Below, piece after piece: positions 1-9,953 of a DNA stretch of 64,000 nt (position 1 is its first letter; every line of letters begins with the position of its first letter). This DNA is from Pelagibacteraceae bacterium AG-337-G06 (GTDB lineage: Bacteria > Pseudomonadota > Alphaproteobacteria > Pelagibacterales > AG-422-B15), in NCBI GenBank assembly GCA_003282175.1, contig QBZX01000002.1, positions 138,598 through 202,597 of the forward strand, in the 5' to 3' direction. Position numbers and translations under genes: made by a program. Under the pieces are notes generated by a model, which was not told where the DNA came from, searched no databases, and worked only from the letters and a program-made list of their open reading frames with translations.

Positions 1-45
1 GTAAAAACCACTTCTTTAACTTGATTATTCATATTTATGGACTAG

Positions 46-70
46 ATAGTTGACTAAATTAGTAGGTTAT
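46..70 (+). promoter_or_regulatory. IscR type-1 operator overlapping a sigma70-like -35 (TTGACT, 50-55)
   Basis: ATAGTTGACTAAATTAGTAGGTTAT matches the IscR type-1 consensus ATASYYGACTRWWWYAGTCRRSTAT at 23/25 positions; lies upstream of cysE-iscR-suf. Confidence 0.8.
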
Positions 71-133
71 TATATGTAACCACTGAGACGGTATACTAAA
101 TTTGTTATTTAAAATTCAAGGCTTTTTTTTAAA

Positions 134-811
134 ATGAGTAAAATCATTGATTTAATTGACTCTTATATTGAAAGAGACCCAGCGGCAAAAGGGAGAATTG
201 AGGTGTTTTTTACCTCTCCAGGCTTGCATGCTGTTGGTATATATCGCCTGTCAAATTTCCTGTGGTCTTTAAAGCTTCAATTTTTCGCAAAAATAATTTC
301 TTATTTAGGTAGGTTAATTACCGGAATTGAGATTCATCCTGGTTCAAAAATTGGCGCTCGTTTCTTTATTGATCATGGAATGGGAGTTGTAATTGGGGAA
401 ACTGCTGAAATAGGTGATGATGTAACAATATACCATGGTGTTACTCTAGGAGGTGTTTCTCCAAACGAAGATAGTGCAAGCCAAAAAGAAAAAAAAAGAC
501 ACCCAACACTAGAAGATAGAGTAACTGTGGGCTCTGGCGCGCAGATCTTGGGTCCAATCACAATAGGACGCAATTCAAAGGTTGGTTCTAACTCTGTTGT
601 TACAACAAATGTTGACCCTGATAGAAGTGTAATTGGTAACCCTGCAAGATATACAATAGTTGCTAACTCTACTGGGAAAAAGAAATTCAGAGCTTATGGG
701 CTAAGTAAGGGAGATGACAGCAGAACTGCAATTGTTGATCAGATTCAAAAAGATAATAAAGAGCTTCAAGAAAGAATTGCAGACTTAGAGAAAATAATAA
801 AGGAAAAGTAA
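134..811 (+). CDS. cysE: Serine O-acetyltransferase
   Basis: ERDPAA start, [30 protein letters not shown] and hexapeptide repeats. Confidence 0.95.
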   Translation: MSKIIDLIDSYIERDPAAKGRIEVFFTSPGLHAVGIYRLSNFLWSLKLQFFAKIISYLGRLITGIEIHPGSKIGARFFIDHGMGVVIGETAEIGDDVTIYHGVTLGGVSPNEDSASQKEKKRHPTLEDRVTVGSGAQILGPITIGRNSKVGSNSVVTTNVDPDRSVIGNPARYTIVANSTGKKKFRAYGLSKGDDSRTAIVDQIQKDNKELQERIADLEKIIKEK

Positions 812-1246
812 ATGAAAATTACATCTAAAGGAAGATACGCGGTTTTAGCAATGGTGGACATTGCCAAGTTTGGTGAAAATAACCCGTGTAACTTGTCTCA
901 CGTTTCAGTCAGGCAAAATATTTCACTATCGTATCTTGAACAAATTTTTAATGATTTAAAGAAAGCAAATCTCGTTAAAAGTCAGAAGGGCCCCGGTGGA
1001 GGCTATAAGCTTAATAAAGAGTCAAATGAAATTAGAATACTTGATATTTTTAACGCTATCGATGAGCAAATAAAAACCACTGGTTGTGGTAATGATCCAA
1101 AATCTTCTTGCTCGGGTACAGGTAAAAAGTGCTTAACGCACAACTTTTGGGAAAATCTAGAGGGTGTAATTGGAAATTATCTAAACTCGGTTTATTTAAG
1201 TGATCTAACTGAAGGATATAGTAATTCTGTGAGAGGAGAGCAATAA
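812..1246 (+). CDS. iscR: Rrf2-family Fe-S cluster regulator IscR
   Basis: TSKGRYA...SLSYLEQ...GPGGGY wHTH; three Cys plus His (C-x7-C-x6-CLTH); abuts sufB. Confidence 0.92.
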   Translation: MKITSKGRYAVLAMVDIAKFGENNPCNLSHVSVRQNISLSYLEQIFNDLKKANLVKSQKGPGGGYKLNKESNEIRILDIFNAIDEQIKTTGCGNDPKSSCSGTGKKCLTHNFWENLEGVIGNYLNSVYLSDLTEGYSNSVRGEQ

Positions 1247-2689
1247 GTGAATAAAATTAGTAAAGAAAATTTTAAGCCAGATGCTTATAAGTATGGGTTT
1301 GTAACTGAGATTGAAAATGAAAAAATTCCTAAGGGTCTCAATGAAGATGTTATTAAGTTAATTTCTAATAAAAAAAATGAACCTGAATGGATGCTTGAAT
1401 GGAGACTTGCTGCCTATGAGCGATTAAAAAGTATGGAGGTTCCAAAATGGGCTCGTGCAAATATTGCAGACATTGATTTTCAAGATTTATATTACTATTC
1501 ATCTCCTAAAGATTTCAAAGACAAGCCAAAATCTCTTGAAGAAGTAGATCCTAAGCTTTTAGAAACGTATGAGAAATTAGGAATTCCATTAAAAGAGCAA
1601 GAAGCATTAGCCGGTGTTGCAGTAGATGCTGTTTTTGATAGTGTATCAGTCGCAACCACTTTTAAAGAAAAGTTGAACGAAATAGGGGTCATATTTTGTC
1701 CAATTTCTGAGGCAATACAAAAGCACCCAGATTTAGTTAAAAAGTATATTGGCTCAGTAATTCCTGTAACGGATCATTTTTATGCAACTTTAAATTCAGC
1801 GGTATTTAGCGATGGATCATTTGTGTACATTCCTAAAAATGTTAAATGTCCTATGGAACTTTCAACGTATTTTAGAATTAACGCCTCTGAAACAGGTCAA
1901 TTTGAAAGAACATTGATAATAGCAGATGAAGGTAGTTATGTTAGTTATCTTGAAGGCTGTACAGCTCCAATGAGAGACGAAAATCAACTTCATGCAGCAA
2001 ATGTTGAGTTAGTTGCACTTGATAATGCAGAAATTAAATATTCGACAGTTCAGAATTGGTATCCTGGCGATGAAGATGGTAAGGGCGGGATATACAACTT
2101 TGTGACTAAAAGAGGCCTCTGCAAAGGAAAAAACTCAAAAATATCATGGACACAAATTGAAACCGGGTCAGCGATAACATGGAAATATCCAAGCTGTATT
2201 TTAAGAGGTGATAATTCAACCGGAGAGTTTTATTCAGTTGCAATAACCAATAATCATCAGCAAGCTGACACGGGCACCAAAATGATTCATTTAGGCAAAA
2301 ATACAAAGAGTAGAATTGTCTCAAAGGGAATATCAGCAGGCAAGTCCTCAAATACGTATAGAGGTTTAGTTAATTTTCATAGAAAAGCTGAAAATTCTAA
2401 AAACTTTACTCAATGTGACTCCTTGCTTGTAGGCAGTAATTGCAAAGCCAATACTATTCCTCTTACAGAAAATAATTCCAATACCTCATCATTAGAGCAC
2501 GAGGCTACGACTTCTAAAATAAGTGACGATCAATTATTTTATTGTATGCAAAGAGGTCTAGACGCTGAAGAAGCGCAAAGTTTAATTGTTAATGGTTTTT
2601 GCAAAGAAGTCTTGCAACAACTTCCAATGGAATTTGCGGTAGAGGCCCAAAAACTTGTTAGTATAAGTCTTGAAGGAAGTGTTGGATAA
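1247..2689 (+). CDS. sufB: Fe-S cluster assembly protein SufB (GTG start)
   Basis: [37 protein letters not shown], ends SLEGSVG. Confidence 0.98.
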   Translation: MNKISKENFKPDAYKYGFVTEIENEKIPKGLNEDVIKLISNKKNEPEWMLEWRLAAYERLKSMEVPKWARANIADIDFQDLYYYSSPKDFKDKPKSLEEVDPKLLETYEKLGIPLKEQEALAGVAVDAVFDSVSVATTFKEKLNEIGVIFCPISEAIQKHPDLVKKYIGSVIPVTDHFYATLNSAVFSDGSFVYIPKNVKCPMELSTYFRINASETGQFERTLIIADEGSYVSYLEGCTAPMRDENQLHAANVELVALDNAEIKYSTVQNWYPGDEDGKGGIYNFVTKRGLCKGKNSKISWTQIETGSAITWKYPSCILRGDNSTGEFYSVAITNNHQQADTGTKMIHLGKNTKSRIVSKGISAGKSSNTYRGLVNFHRKAENSKNFTQCDSLLVGSNCKANTIPLTENNSNTSSLEHEATTSKISDDQLFYCMQRGLDAEEAQSLIVNGFCKEVLQQLPMEFAVEAQKLVSISLEGSVG

Positions 2690-2690
2690 T

Positions 2691-3425
2691 ATGTTAGAAA
2701 TTAAAAATCTAGACGTATCGGTAGAAGATAAACAGATTATTAAAAATCTAAATTTAAAGATTGGTCCAGGTGAAGTTCATGCAATTATGGGTCCTAATGG
2801 TTCTGGTAAAAGCACAATTGCACATACATTAGCTGGGAAGCCTAATTATTTAGTTGAAGCTGGAAATGTAGACTTTAAGAATGAAGACCTTATAGCAAAA
2901 GATCCTTATGAAAGATCGCTGCTAGGGTTGTTCTTGGCTTTTCAGTATCCAATAGAACTGCCCGGTGTTACCAATGCATCTTATCTAAAGCAAATTCTAA
3001 ATGCACACAGAAAATCTCGTGGAGAAAATCCAATAGATGCGGGCGAGTTTTTGAAAATACTAAAAGAAAAATCAAGAAACTTAAATATTCCTATGGAAAT
3101 GCACAGCAGATTTGTGAATGCAGGATTTTCAGGTGGAGAAAAAAAGAAAAATGAGGTCCTTCAAATGGACTTGCTTGATCCAAGTTTAATCATAATGGAT
3201 GAGACCGATTCTGGATTAGATGTTGACGCACTTAAAAATACTTCAGAAGCTGTAAATAAGTTGAGAGATGGAAAAAGGTCATTCTTAATAATAACTCACT
3301 ACTTGAGACTACTAGAATATATCGAGCCTGATCATGTTCACGTTTTTGGTGATGGATCTATAATAGAGTCTGGAGATAAATCTTTAGCTTCAAGAATAGA
3401 TAATGAAGGGTATGAAGTTAAATGA
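2691..3425 (+). CDS. sufC: Fe-S assembly ATPase SufC
   Basis: GPNGSGKST Walker A, FLAFQYPIELPGV, FSGGEKK, DETDSGLD; ATG at 2691 preferred over the track start. Confidence 0.97.
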   Translation: MLEIKNLDVSVEDKQIIKNLNLKIGPGEVHAIMGPNGSGKSTIAHTLAGKPNYLVEAGNVDFKNEDLIAKDPYERSLLGLFLAFQYPIELPGVTNASYLKQILNAHRKSRGENPIDAGEFLKILKEKSRNLNIPMEMHSRFVNAGFSGGEKKKNEVLQMDLLDPSLIIMDETDSGLDVDALKNTSEAVNKLRDGKRSFLIITHYLRLLEYIEPDHVHVFGDGSIIESGDKSLASRIDNEGYEVK

Positions 3426-4342
3426 AGTCAATTAGCTCTTTAGATTGTATCATAGAAATATCTGAAAAGATTAATATTCAGAACCCTTCTGATGAAATAA
3501 AGATAACCTGTTTAAACAGTGAGAGCAGTCCCATTATAGATATTGAAATTAAAAAATCTAAAATCAATAATCGTATTCATTTAACATGCAATGAAAAGCA
3601 AGATATCAAAGCAACTATCAATCTTCAAATACATGATGATGCTACACTAGAGTTTATTGATGAAGCAAATTATGAAGGTACTACTGAAATTAAAATGAAT
3701 ACCATTATGAGACCGAATGCTGTATTTGAACTATATAGATTTAACAAATTTAATGTATCAACAAAGAATTCTTTTTTTCACAATTGTGATCTTCAAACAA
3801 ATTGTATTTTCAGAGATTTTAACTTCTCAAATGGCTCAAAAGAAATGCTTAATAGTACTAAAATTTCATTAAACGAAAAAAATTCTAAATATATTGGTAG
3901 TGGGGTGGTGATTGCAGATTCTACTAACTGTAAAAATCAACTTGATATTTCTCATATGTCACAGTCGGCTATATCTGATTGTTCATTCAAAACAGTTTCA
4001 AGAGGTAAATCTAATGTCTCATTTAAAGGAAAGGTTTTTGTAGATGACGATTGTTCAGACACGGTTTCTAGTCAAATAAGTAAAGGTCTAGTTATGTCTG
4101 ATGAATCAAAAATAAATTTAACTCCAATCTTAGAAATTAATAATGATGATGTCGTTTGCTCTCACGGAGCTGCTTCTGGTAAACCAGACGATTCAGTACT
4201 TTTTTACCTGGCTTCGCGAGGTATAGAAAAGAACGACGCAGAAAAATTATATATGCAGGGTTTTCTTAGTGAATTTTTAAATAAAATTGAAAATGTACAA
4301 ATGCAATCCAAAGCAAGGGATTACATTAACCAAAATTGCTAA
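3422..4342 (+). CDS. sufD: SufD (short, 306 aa)
   Basis: C-terminal PILEINNDDVVCSHGAASG and LFYLASRGI motifs; sits between sufC and sufS. Confidence 0.9.
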   Translation: MKSISSLDCIIEISEKINIQNPSDEIKITCLNSESSPIIDIEIKKSKINNRIHLTCNEKQDIKATINLQIHDDATLEFIDEANYEGTTEIKMNTIMRPNAVFELYRFNKFNVSTKNSFFHNCDLQTNCIFRDFNFSNGSKEMLNSTKISLNEKNSKYIGSGVVIADSTNCKNQLDISHMSQSAISDCSFKTVSRGKSNVSFKGKVFVDDDCSDTVSSQISKGLVMSDESKINLTPILEINNDDVVCSHGAASGKPDDSVLFYLASRGIEKNDAEKLYMQGFLSEFLNKIENVQMQSKARDYINQNC

Positions 4343-4344
4343 CA

Positions 4345-5577
4345 ATGAATAAAGATAAAACTTTACATAAAGAAATTAGAAAAGATTTTCCTATTCTTTC
4401 TAAAAAAATTCTTAAGACAAAGGATTTAGTATACTTTGATACGGCTGCTTCTGCGCAAAAGCCACAAGTAGTCATTGATGAACTAAACCAATTCTACAAA
4501 AGTCACTATTCAAATGTGAGTAGAGGTGTTCATACGCTATCAGTAGAATCAACATTACGGTATGAAGATGCTAGAAAGAAAATACAAAGTTTCATAAACG
4601 CTAAATCAGAAAATGAAATAATTTTCACAAAAAGTGCAACAGAGAGCATAAATCTTGTAGCGCAAACATTTTACGACAAATATATGAGTACTGGAGACGA
4701 AATCATATTATCTCTAATGGAACATCATTCAAATTTAATACCATGGTATTTTTTAAGAGATAAATACGGAGTAGTAATAAAATTTGCAAACATAACTGAC
4801 TCTGGAGAGATTGATGTTAATCATTTTGAAAGTCTTATAACTCCTAAAACTAAAATTGCTGCCTTGACTCACCTTTCAAATGTGTACGGTAGTAAGATTG
4901 ACGAAAAAGTCTCAAGTATTTGCAAAAGAAATAATGTAGCAATTTTGTTAGACGGATGTCAGTCTGCTGCGCACTTAAAAATTGATGTACAAAAACTTGA
5001 ATGTGATTTTTTTGTATTTTCTGGCCATAAAACATATGGACCATCAGGCATTGGAGTCCTCTATGGAAAAGAGAACCTTTTAGACGAAATGCCCCCTTAT
5101 CAAGGCGGTGGAGGAATGATTGGAGAGGTAACAACTGATAAAGTTTCTTACGCTGAGTTACCAGCAAAATATGAGGCAGGTACACCTCCAATTGCTGAGG
5201 CTCATGGCTTGGGTATAGCGATAGACTATATGAATAATATAGGCATAGAAAACATAATTAATCATGAAGAAGGGCTAACTAAGTATGCTTATGAAAAGAT
5301 TAGTGAACTTGACTTTGTAAAAATATACGGCGCGGGAGATAATAGGAATTCAATTATTTCATTTAATATAGAAAATATTCATTCACATGAAGTTTCATCA
5401 TTTTTAGATGTAGAGGGTATTGCAGTAAGAGCAGGGCATCATTGTTGCCAGCCACTGATGAAACATCTTGGCGTCAATTCAACGTCTAGATTATCTTTTG
5501 GGGTGTATAACACTATTGAAGAAGTTGATATTTTTATAAATGCATTAATTAAATGTAAGGAATTTTTTATAAAATGA
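4345..5577 (+). CDS. sufS: Cysteine desulfurase SufS
   Basis: YFDTAASAQKP, EHHSN, FSGHKTYGPSGIG (PLP Lys), RAGHHC. Confidence 0.97.
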   Translation: MNKDKTLHKEIRKDFPILSKKILKTKDLVYFDTAASAQKPQVVIDELNQFYKSHYSNVSRGVHTLSVESTLRYEDARKKIQSFINAKSENEIIFTKSATESINLVAQTFYDKYMSTGDEIILSLMEHHSNLIPWYFLRDKYGVVIKFANITDSGEIDVNHFESLITPKTKIAALTHLSNVYGSKIDEKVSSICKRNNVAILLDGCQSAAHLKIDVQKLECDFFVFSGHKTYGPSGIGVLYGKENLLDEMPPYQGGGGMIGEVTTDKVSYAELPAKYEAGTPPIAEAHGLGIAIDYMNNIGIENIINHEEGLTKYAYEKISELDFVKIYGAGDNRNSIISFNIENIHSHEVSSFLDVEGIAVRAGHHCCQPLMKHLGVNSTSRLSFGVYNTIEEVDIFINALIKCKEFFIK

Positions 5578-6008
5578 ATGAATTACTCAAAGAATTATAT
5601 CAAGAAATAATACTAGATCATGGTAAAGAGCCTAGAAATTTTGGCGAATGTGAGACTCACAATAAAAGTGCTCACGGACATAACCCATTGTGCGGAGATA
5701 AGGTAAGTCTTACGTTATTTATCGATGATGATGATTTTATAAAAGATATTAAATTTTCAGGAGAAGGATGTGCTATTTCAGTAGCATCTGCTTCACTTAT
5801 GACTGAAAAATTAAAAGGTAAAAAACTGTCCTATGCAGAAAATATGTTCAAAGATTTCACTGACCTAGTAAAGGGCTCTGAAGACTCACTTAGCACTATT
5901 GATGAAGATGACTCTCTTTACGCTCTTAAAGGAGTAAAAGATTTTCCTATGAGAGTTAAATGTGCAACGCTTGCTTGGCATACTTTTAAAAATGCTTTGA
6001 AAGACTAG
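5574..6008 (+). CDS. sufU: SUF-system NifU-family protein SufU
   Basis: LYQEIILDH, NPLCGD, GEGCAIS, RVKCATLAWH. Confidence 0.92.
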   Translation: MNELLKELYQEIILDHGKEPRNFGECETHNKSAHGHNPLCGDKVSLTLFIDDDDFIKDIKFSGEGCAISVASASLMTEKLKGKKLSYAENMFKDFTDLVKGSEDSLSTIDEDDSLYALKGVKDFPMRVKCATLAWHTFKNALKD

Positions 6009-6011
6009 ATT

Positions 6012-6593
6012 ATGAGATTATATCCTGTGTATATAGCCTTATTACTTCTATTTATTGTTTTGCAGTTATTGTATAGTAATAATGCTTTTTCAGAAGTTGA
6101 TATAGAAGGATACGATATGACTAAAGTAAATGTAATTGATACTCCATTTTGGTGTTCAGCGACGCCAGAGGAAAGAGCTGAAGCAATAAGCAAGCTAACT
6201 GATGAACAAAAGGATGTTACTCTAAATAATGGCACAGAAAGGCCTTTCAAAAATGAGTTTTGGAATAGCAAAGAGAAAGGGATATATGTAGATATTATAT
6301 CTGGAGAGCCACTATTTTCATCTTTAGATAAATTTGACTCAGGTACAGGTTGGCCAAGTTTTGACCGTCCAATCAATGGAATAGAAATTGTCGAAATCGT
6401 TGATAAATCTTATGGTATGACGAGAACTGAAGTTAGAAGTGAATACGGCGATTCTCATTTAGGTCACTTATTTAATGATGGCCCGACAGAAACTGGCCTT
6501 AGATATTGTATTAATTCAGCTTCATTAAAATTTATACCTGTTGATGAATTAGATAAGAATGGTTACGGAGATTTTGTTGAACTATTCAATTAA
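6012..6593 (+). CDS. msrB: Peptide-methionine (R)-S-oxide reductase with N-terminal signal peptide; Zn-free type
   Basis: [34 protein letters not shown]; no CxxC Zn ligands; hydrophobic leader ending AFS-E. Confidence 0.95.
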   Translation: MRLYPVYIALLLLFIVLQLLYSNNAFSEVDIEGYDMTKVNVIDTPFWCSATPEERAEAISKLTDEQKDVTLNNGTERPFKNEFWNSKEKGIYVDIISGEPLFSSLDKFDSGTGWPSFDRPINGIEIVEIVDKSYGMTRTEVRSEYGDSHLGHLFNDGPTETGLRYCINSASLKFIPVDELDKNGYGDFVELFN

Positions 6594-6599
6594 TGATTA

Positions 6600-6908
6600 A
6601 TGGAAAAGCTAGAAGATCAAAAAATTATTGATGCTTTAAAAACAGTATTTGACCCTGAAATTCCTGTTGATATTTATGAATTAGGTTTGATTTATAAATG
6701 TGAAGTTTCACCAGCTAATGACGTTTTGATTCACATGACTTTAACTACACCGCATTGTCCTGTCGCAGATGAAATGCCTAAAAAGGTTAAACAAGCCGTT
6801 GTCGATGTTCCAGGTGTAAACAATGTGAGTGTTGATTTAGTATGGGATCCTCCATGGGATATGTCTCGCATGTCTGAAATTGCTAGACTAGAATTAGATA
6901 TGATGTGA
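6600..6908 (+). CDS. sufT: SUF Fe-S assembly protein SufT (DUF59)
   Basis: DPEIPVDIYELGLIY, TLTTPHCPVA, VWDPPW. Confidence 0.9.
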   Translation: MEKLEDQKIIDALKTVFDPEIPVDIYELGLIYKCEVSPANDVLIHMTLTTPHCPVADEMPKKVKQAVVDVPGVNNVSVDLVWDPPWDMSRMSEIARLELDMM

Positions 6909-6975
6909 GATACCTACTTGAAATACAAAAATACGTATATATTTAGCTAATATTCGTATATACAAATGTGAATAT

Positions 6976-7051
6976 GTGCCCGTAGCTCAGTTGGTAGAGC
7001 ACTCCCCTTTTAAGGGAGTTGTCCTCGGTTCGAACCCGAGCGGGCATACCA
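6976..7051 (+). tRNA. tRNA-Lys(UUU)
   Basis: 76-nt cloverleaf: acceptor GTGCCCG/CGGGCAT (G1-U72), D stem GCTC/GAGC, anticodon stem CTCCC/GGGAG with loop CTTTTAA, T arm CTCGG-TTCGAAC-CCGAG, encoded ACCA. Confidence 0.97.
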
Positions 7052-7088
7052 AATAGATGGCTACTCTATAAATAAAAAAAATTTAAAT

Positions 7089-7244
7089 ATGAAATTTTAC
7101 GAAAAATTAGGTCCTTACAAGAAAAAAGAAGATCTTGAAAAAAAGAAAGACATTAATCCTAACGTGGCTAGAAACTGGGTTATCACCTGGTACTCAATCG
7201 TTGCAGCATCAATTATATTATATTTTCTTATAAGTAACATCTAA
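7089..7244 (+). CDS. Small single-TM protein, 51 aa (not in ORF track)
   Basis: MKFYEKLGPYKKKEDLEKKKDINPNVARNWVITWYSIVAASIILYFLISNI; stop 2 nt before next ATG. Confidence 0.65.
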   Translation: MKFYEKLGPYKKKEDLEKKKDINPNVARNWVITWYSIVAASIILYFLISNI

Positions 7245-7246
7245 CG

Positions 7247-7873
7247 ATGTGGTTGCTTGACTGTGGATTAGACAGCGTTGAGTGGAGAAGAATAATTGTT
7301 GTTTATTCATCAGCCATAGCTCCTTTAATCCTCGCAGCTTATTTAACTTATAAAAAACAAATGAAAACGTGGATCACGTTTACTCTTTTATCTTCATTTT
7401 TAATTGCTGCTTTTGGATGGGAGCTGTGGGTAAATTACGGCATATTAAATGGCGATGAAGTTACACTTAGGCGCTCAGAAGCACTCAGTTGTGCGATACC
7501 ATTGCATATTAACTGGTTAGTAAACTCCCTTGCTGATACAGGAATAGTTTGGTTCGCAATTATATTGGTATACTGGTTATTTCCAAAGAGAGTAAAACAT
7601 TATCAAGAGTTTAGTTACTTAATTTTCACTGTCTTTTTTGTATGGTTTATGGGACAAAATTTTATAGTTGAGACAATCATTTATCACAATCAAGTTGGAG
7701 GGGACGCTCTGTTATCTTGGGCACCACTAATGCCATTAGGGTCATTTTTCAATCCTACACTTATATCATTTGGTGAGCGTGAAATTACATTACAATCTCA
7801 GTCTGCATGGTTAATTGGTACACCTCTATTTTATTTCATATCAATTTATTTTTATAAAAAGCATGGTAAGTAG
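7247..7873 (+). CDS. Hypothetical multi-pass membrane protein
   Basis: 208-aa ORF with several hydrophobic segments, Trp-rich; no family recognised. Confidence 0.75.
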   Translation: MWLLDCGLDSVEWRRIIVVYSSAIAPLILAAYLTYKKQMKTWITFTLLSSFLIAAFGWELWVNYGILNGDEVTLRRSEALSCAIPLHINWLVNSLADTGIVWFAIILVYWLFPKRVKHYQEFSYLIFTVFFVWFMGQNFIVETIIYHNQVGGDALLSWAPLMPLGSFFNPTLISFGEREITLQSQSAWLIGTPLFYFISIYFYKKHGK

Positions 7874-7884
7874 TATAATTACTT

Positions 7885-8058
7885 ATGATTCTTACTGATT
7901 GCATGTGGTGCAGCAAACAAGTTAACCCCATTGAGGTTCACGGTCATTATCAGTGTCCAAACTGCAAAATTAACATTGATCCTTGTTGTTCTGGCGAACA
8001 GCAAAGTAATTATGATACAACAATCCCTTCATGCGACACTAAAAGGTATGACGACTGA
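7885..8058 (+). CDS. Small Cys-rich putative metal-binding protein, 57 aa (not in ORF track)
   Basis: MILTDCMWCSKQVNPIEVHGHYQCPNCKINIDPCCSGEQQSNYDTTIPSCDTKRYDD: CxxC, HGH, CxxC, CC. Confidence 0.7.
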   Translation: MILTDCMWCSKQVNPIEVHGHYQCPNCKINIDPCCSGEQQSNYDTTIPSCDTKRYDD

Positions 8059-8193
8059 ATTAAAACTAGAAAATATACAAAAAAGCTAGAAAAACTAAAA
8101 AGATCATCAATGCCATCATAGGAAATGTTAAAATTCTATACAGTATTTGCATAAACTGTTTAAAATTGAATTGTTCCATATGGGCTAGATCAA

Positions 8194-9054
8194 TTAATCT
8201 AATTTAATTTCTCCGTCATTATCATTTACAAAGAAATCCGGAAATGGCTCAGCATCTGGCGTTGCTAAATATTCTGATAAATCAGACTTACCTGAGTGTA
8301 TTAATGTGCTGTCATCGACACACATATTTCCCGTAAACTTTCTAGAATCTTGAGTTAAAATAATATAAGCAGCATCGCCCATAATAGCTGGCGTTCTGCA
8401 CTTACTTTTACCCTGATCATCCATTGATGCAGCTAATATATTGTTCACAGCGGCGGTATCGATCATAGTTCTTGGCCATAATGAATTTACTGCAATACCA
8501 GCAGACTTTAACTCTTCTGACATGCCAAGAGTGCACATGCTCATACCGTATTTTGCCATTGTATATGCAACATGAGGACTGAACCATTGACTTTGCATAT
8601 TTAACGGTGGACCTAGATTTAATATATGAGGGTTATTTCCTTTTTTTAAGTGAGGAATACATGATTTTGAAACCATAAATGTTCCACGTGTATTAATATT
8701 ATGCATCAAATCATACTTTTTCATGTCTGTGTTTAAAGTTGGCGTAAGGCTAATAGCGCTTGCGTTATTAATACAGATATCAATTCCACCAAAAGTCTCT
8801 ACTGTTTTATTTACTGCAGCAATAACTTGATCTTCAAATCTAATATCAGTTTTTATTCCTATTGCATTACCACCTGCTTTAATGAGATCCTCAGCAGCCG
8901 TATGAATAGTTCCAGGCAATTTTGGATGCGGTTCCGTTGTTTTTGCAATTATGGCAATGTTAGCACCATCCTTGGCAGCTTTTTTAGCAATCGCATAACC
9001 GATCCCACGAGTAGCACCAGTAATGAAAAGAGTTTTTCCGTTTAAGTCAGCCAT
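8194..9054 (-). CDS. Short-chain dehydrogenase, AtuG/HSDL2-like
   Basis: TGATRGIG, AKTTEPHPKLPGTI, YTMAK, WPRTMIDTAA, RTPAIMGDAA are characteristic of the AtuG/HSDL2 subfamily. Confidence 0.85.
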   Translation of the reverse strand: MADLNGKTLFITGATRGIGYAIAKKAAKDGANIAIIAKTTEPHPKLPGTIHTAAEDLIKAGGNAIGIKTDIRFEDQVIAAVNKTVETFGGIDICINNASAISLTPTLNTDMKKYDLMHNINTRGTFMVSKSCIPHLKKGNNPHILNLGPPLNMQSQWFSPHVAYTMAKYGMSMCTLGMSEELKSAGIAVNSLWPRTMIDTAAVNNILAASMDDQGKSKCRTPAIMGDAAYIILTQDSRKFTGNMCVDDSTLIHSGKSDLSEYLATPDAEPFPDFFVNDNDGEIKLD

Positions 9055-9197
9055 TAAGTTCTCCTATCTTTAAAAAAAGGTATAAAATTTCGTCATAAAT
9101 AATTTATAAAACTAGTACATAATGATTTTTTTTCAAAGGGTAAAAAAGCTTTATGCTGAAAAAGCTCTTAATAAACAATTAAAATCAGGAGACAAAA

Positions 9198-9578
9198 ATG
9201 GAAGCAAAAGAAGTTGTTCAAAAAGGCTATGATCTTTTTGGTGCAGGAGACATGGAAGCATTTTTTAATGATGTGGTTCACGATCATATAACATGGACCT
9301 TTCCTGGCGATAAAGATAAGCATCCACTAGCTGGAGTACATGAGGGGAAAGAAAATTTTATAGCTAATATGATGAAGATACCAGAATACTGGAATAATTT
9401 TATGGTTAAACCAGTCTCAATGATAAGCGAAGGAAATAAAGTTTTCGTTATTGTCAATGGAACAGCGGAAGGTATGGACACAATGTTTGGCCACTATTTT
9501 GAAGTTGAAGATGACAAAATGAAAGTCATGATGACTTTTGACGATACCTTGACTGCATATAACGCAATGACGAAGTAA
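9198..9578 (+). CDS. SnoaL/NTF2-like protein
   Basis: YDLFGAGDMEAFF..DHITWTFPG..LAGVHEGKE pattern; AGGAG RBS. Confidence 0.8.
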   Translation: MEAKEVVQKGYDLFGAGDMEAFFNDVVHDHITWTFPGDKDKHPLAGVHEGKENFIANMMKIPEYWNNFMVKPVSMISEGNKVFVIVNGTAEGMDTMFGHYFEVEDDKMKVMMTFDDTLTAYNAMTK

Positions 9579-9600
9579 ACAGTCGGAAAGGAATAGGACT

Positions 9601-9951
9601 ATGACTAACGTAGAAGTGAAAAGCTTTAGCAATGCTGATGAAGTTAATGACAATTTTAATAATGCAAAAATTGAAGCTGTGAATGTCGGTGGACAAAGGA
9701 TTATGAAGTTATCCCTCGAGCCTGGATGGAAATGGTCAAATGATATCAAGCCAACGGTTGGTACGGATAGCTGCCAAGCCACGCATCTTGGCGTTATTGT
9801 AAGTGGAACAGTTGCAGTAAAGCATAATGATGGAACGGAAATGAGTTACTCTGCGGGTGATGCATATTCTATTGCACCTGGACACGATGGATGGGTTGTT
9901 GGCAATGATCCTGCTGTAGTATATGAATTCGCAGGTAAATGGGGAGAATAA
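9601..9951 (+). CDS. Cupin-domain protein
   Basis: LEPGWKWS, CQATHLG.IVSG, AGDAYSIAPGHDGWVVG. Confidence 0.85.
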   Translation: MTNVEVKSFSNADEVNDNFNNAKIEAVNVGGQRIMKLSLEPGWKWSNDIKPTVGTDSCQATHLGVIVSGTVAVKHNDGTEMSYSAGDAYSIAPGHDGWVVGNDPAVVYEFAGKWGE

Positions 9952-9953
9952 TT

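Noticed and set aside
6976-7047. G1-U72 pair in tRNA-Lys as a novelty
   Set aside because: Wobble pairs in acceptor stems are common and the rest of the cloverleaf is canonical.
7030-7051. attL/attR duplication of the tRNA-Lys 3' end
   Set aside because: No second copy seen by eye. GTTCGAGCCC at about 43543 is part of a terminator. No integrase in the window.
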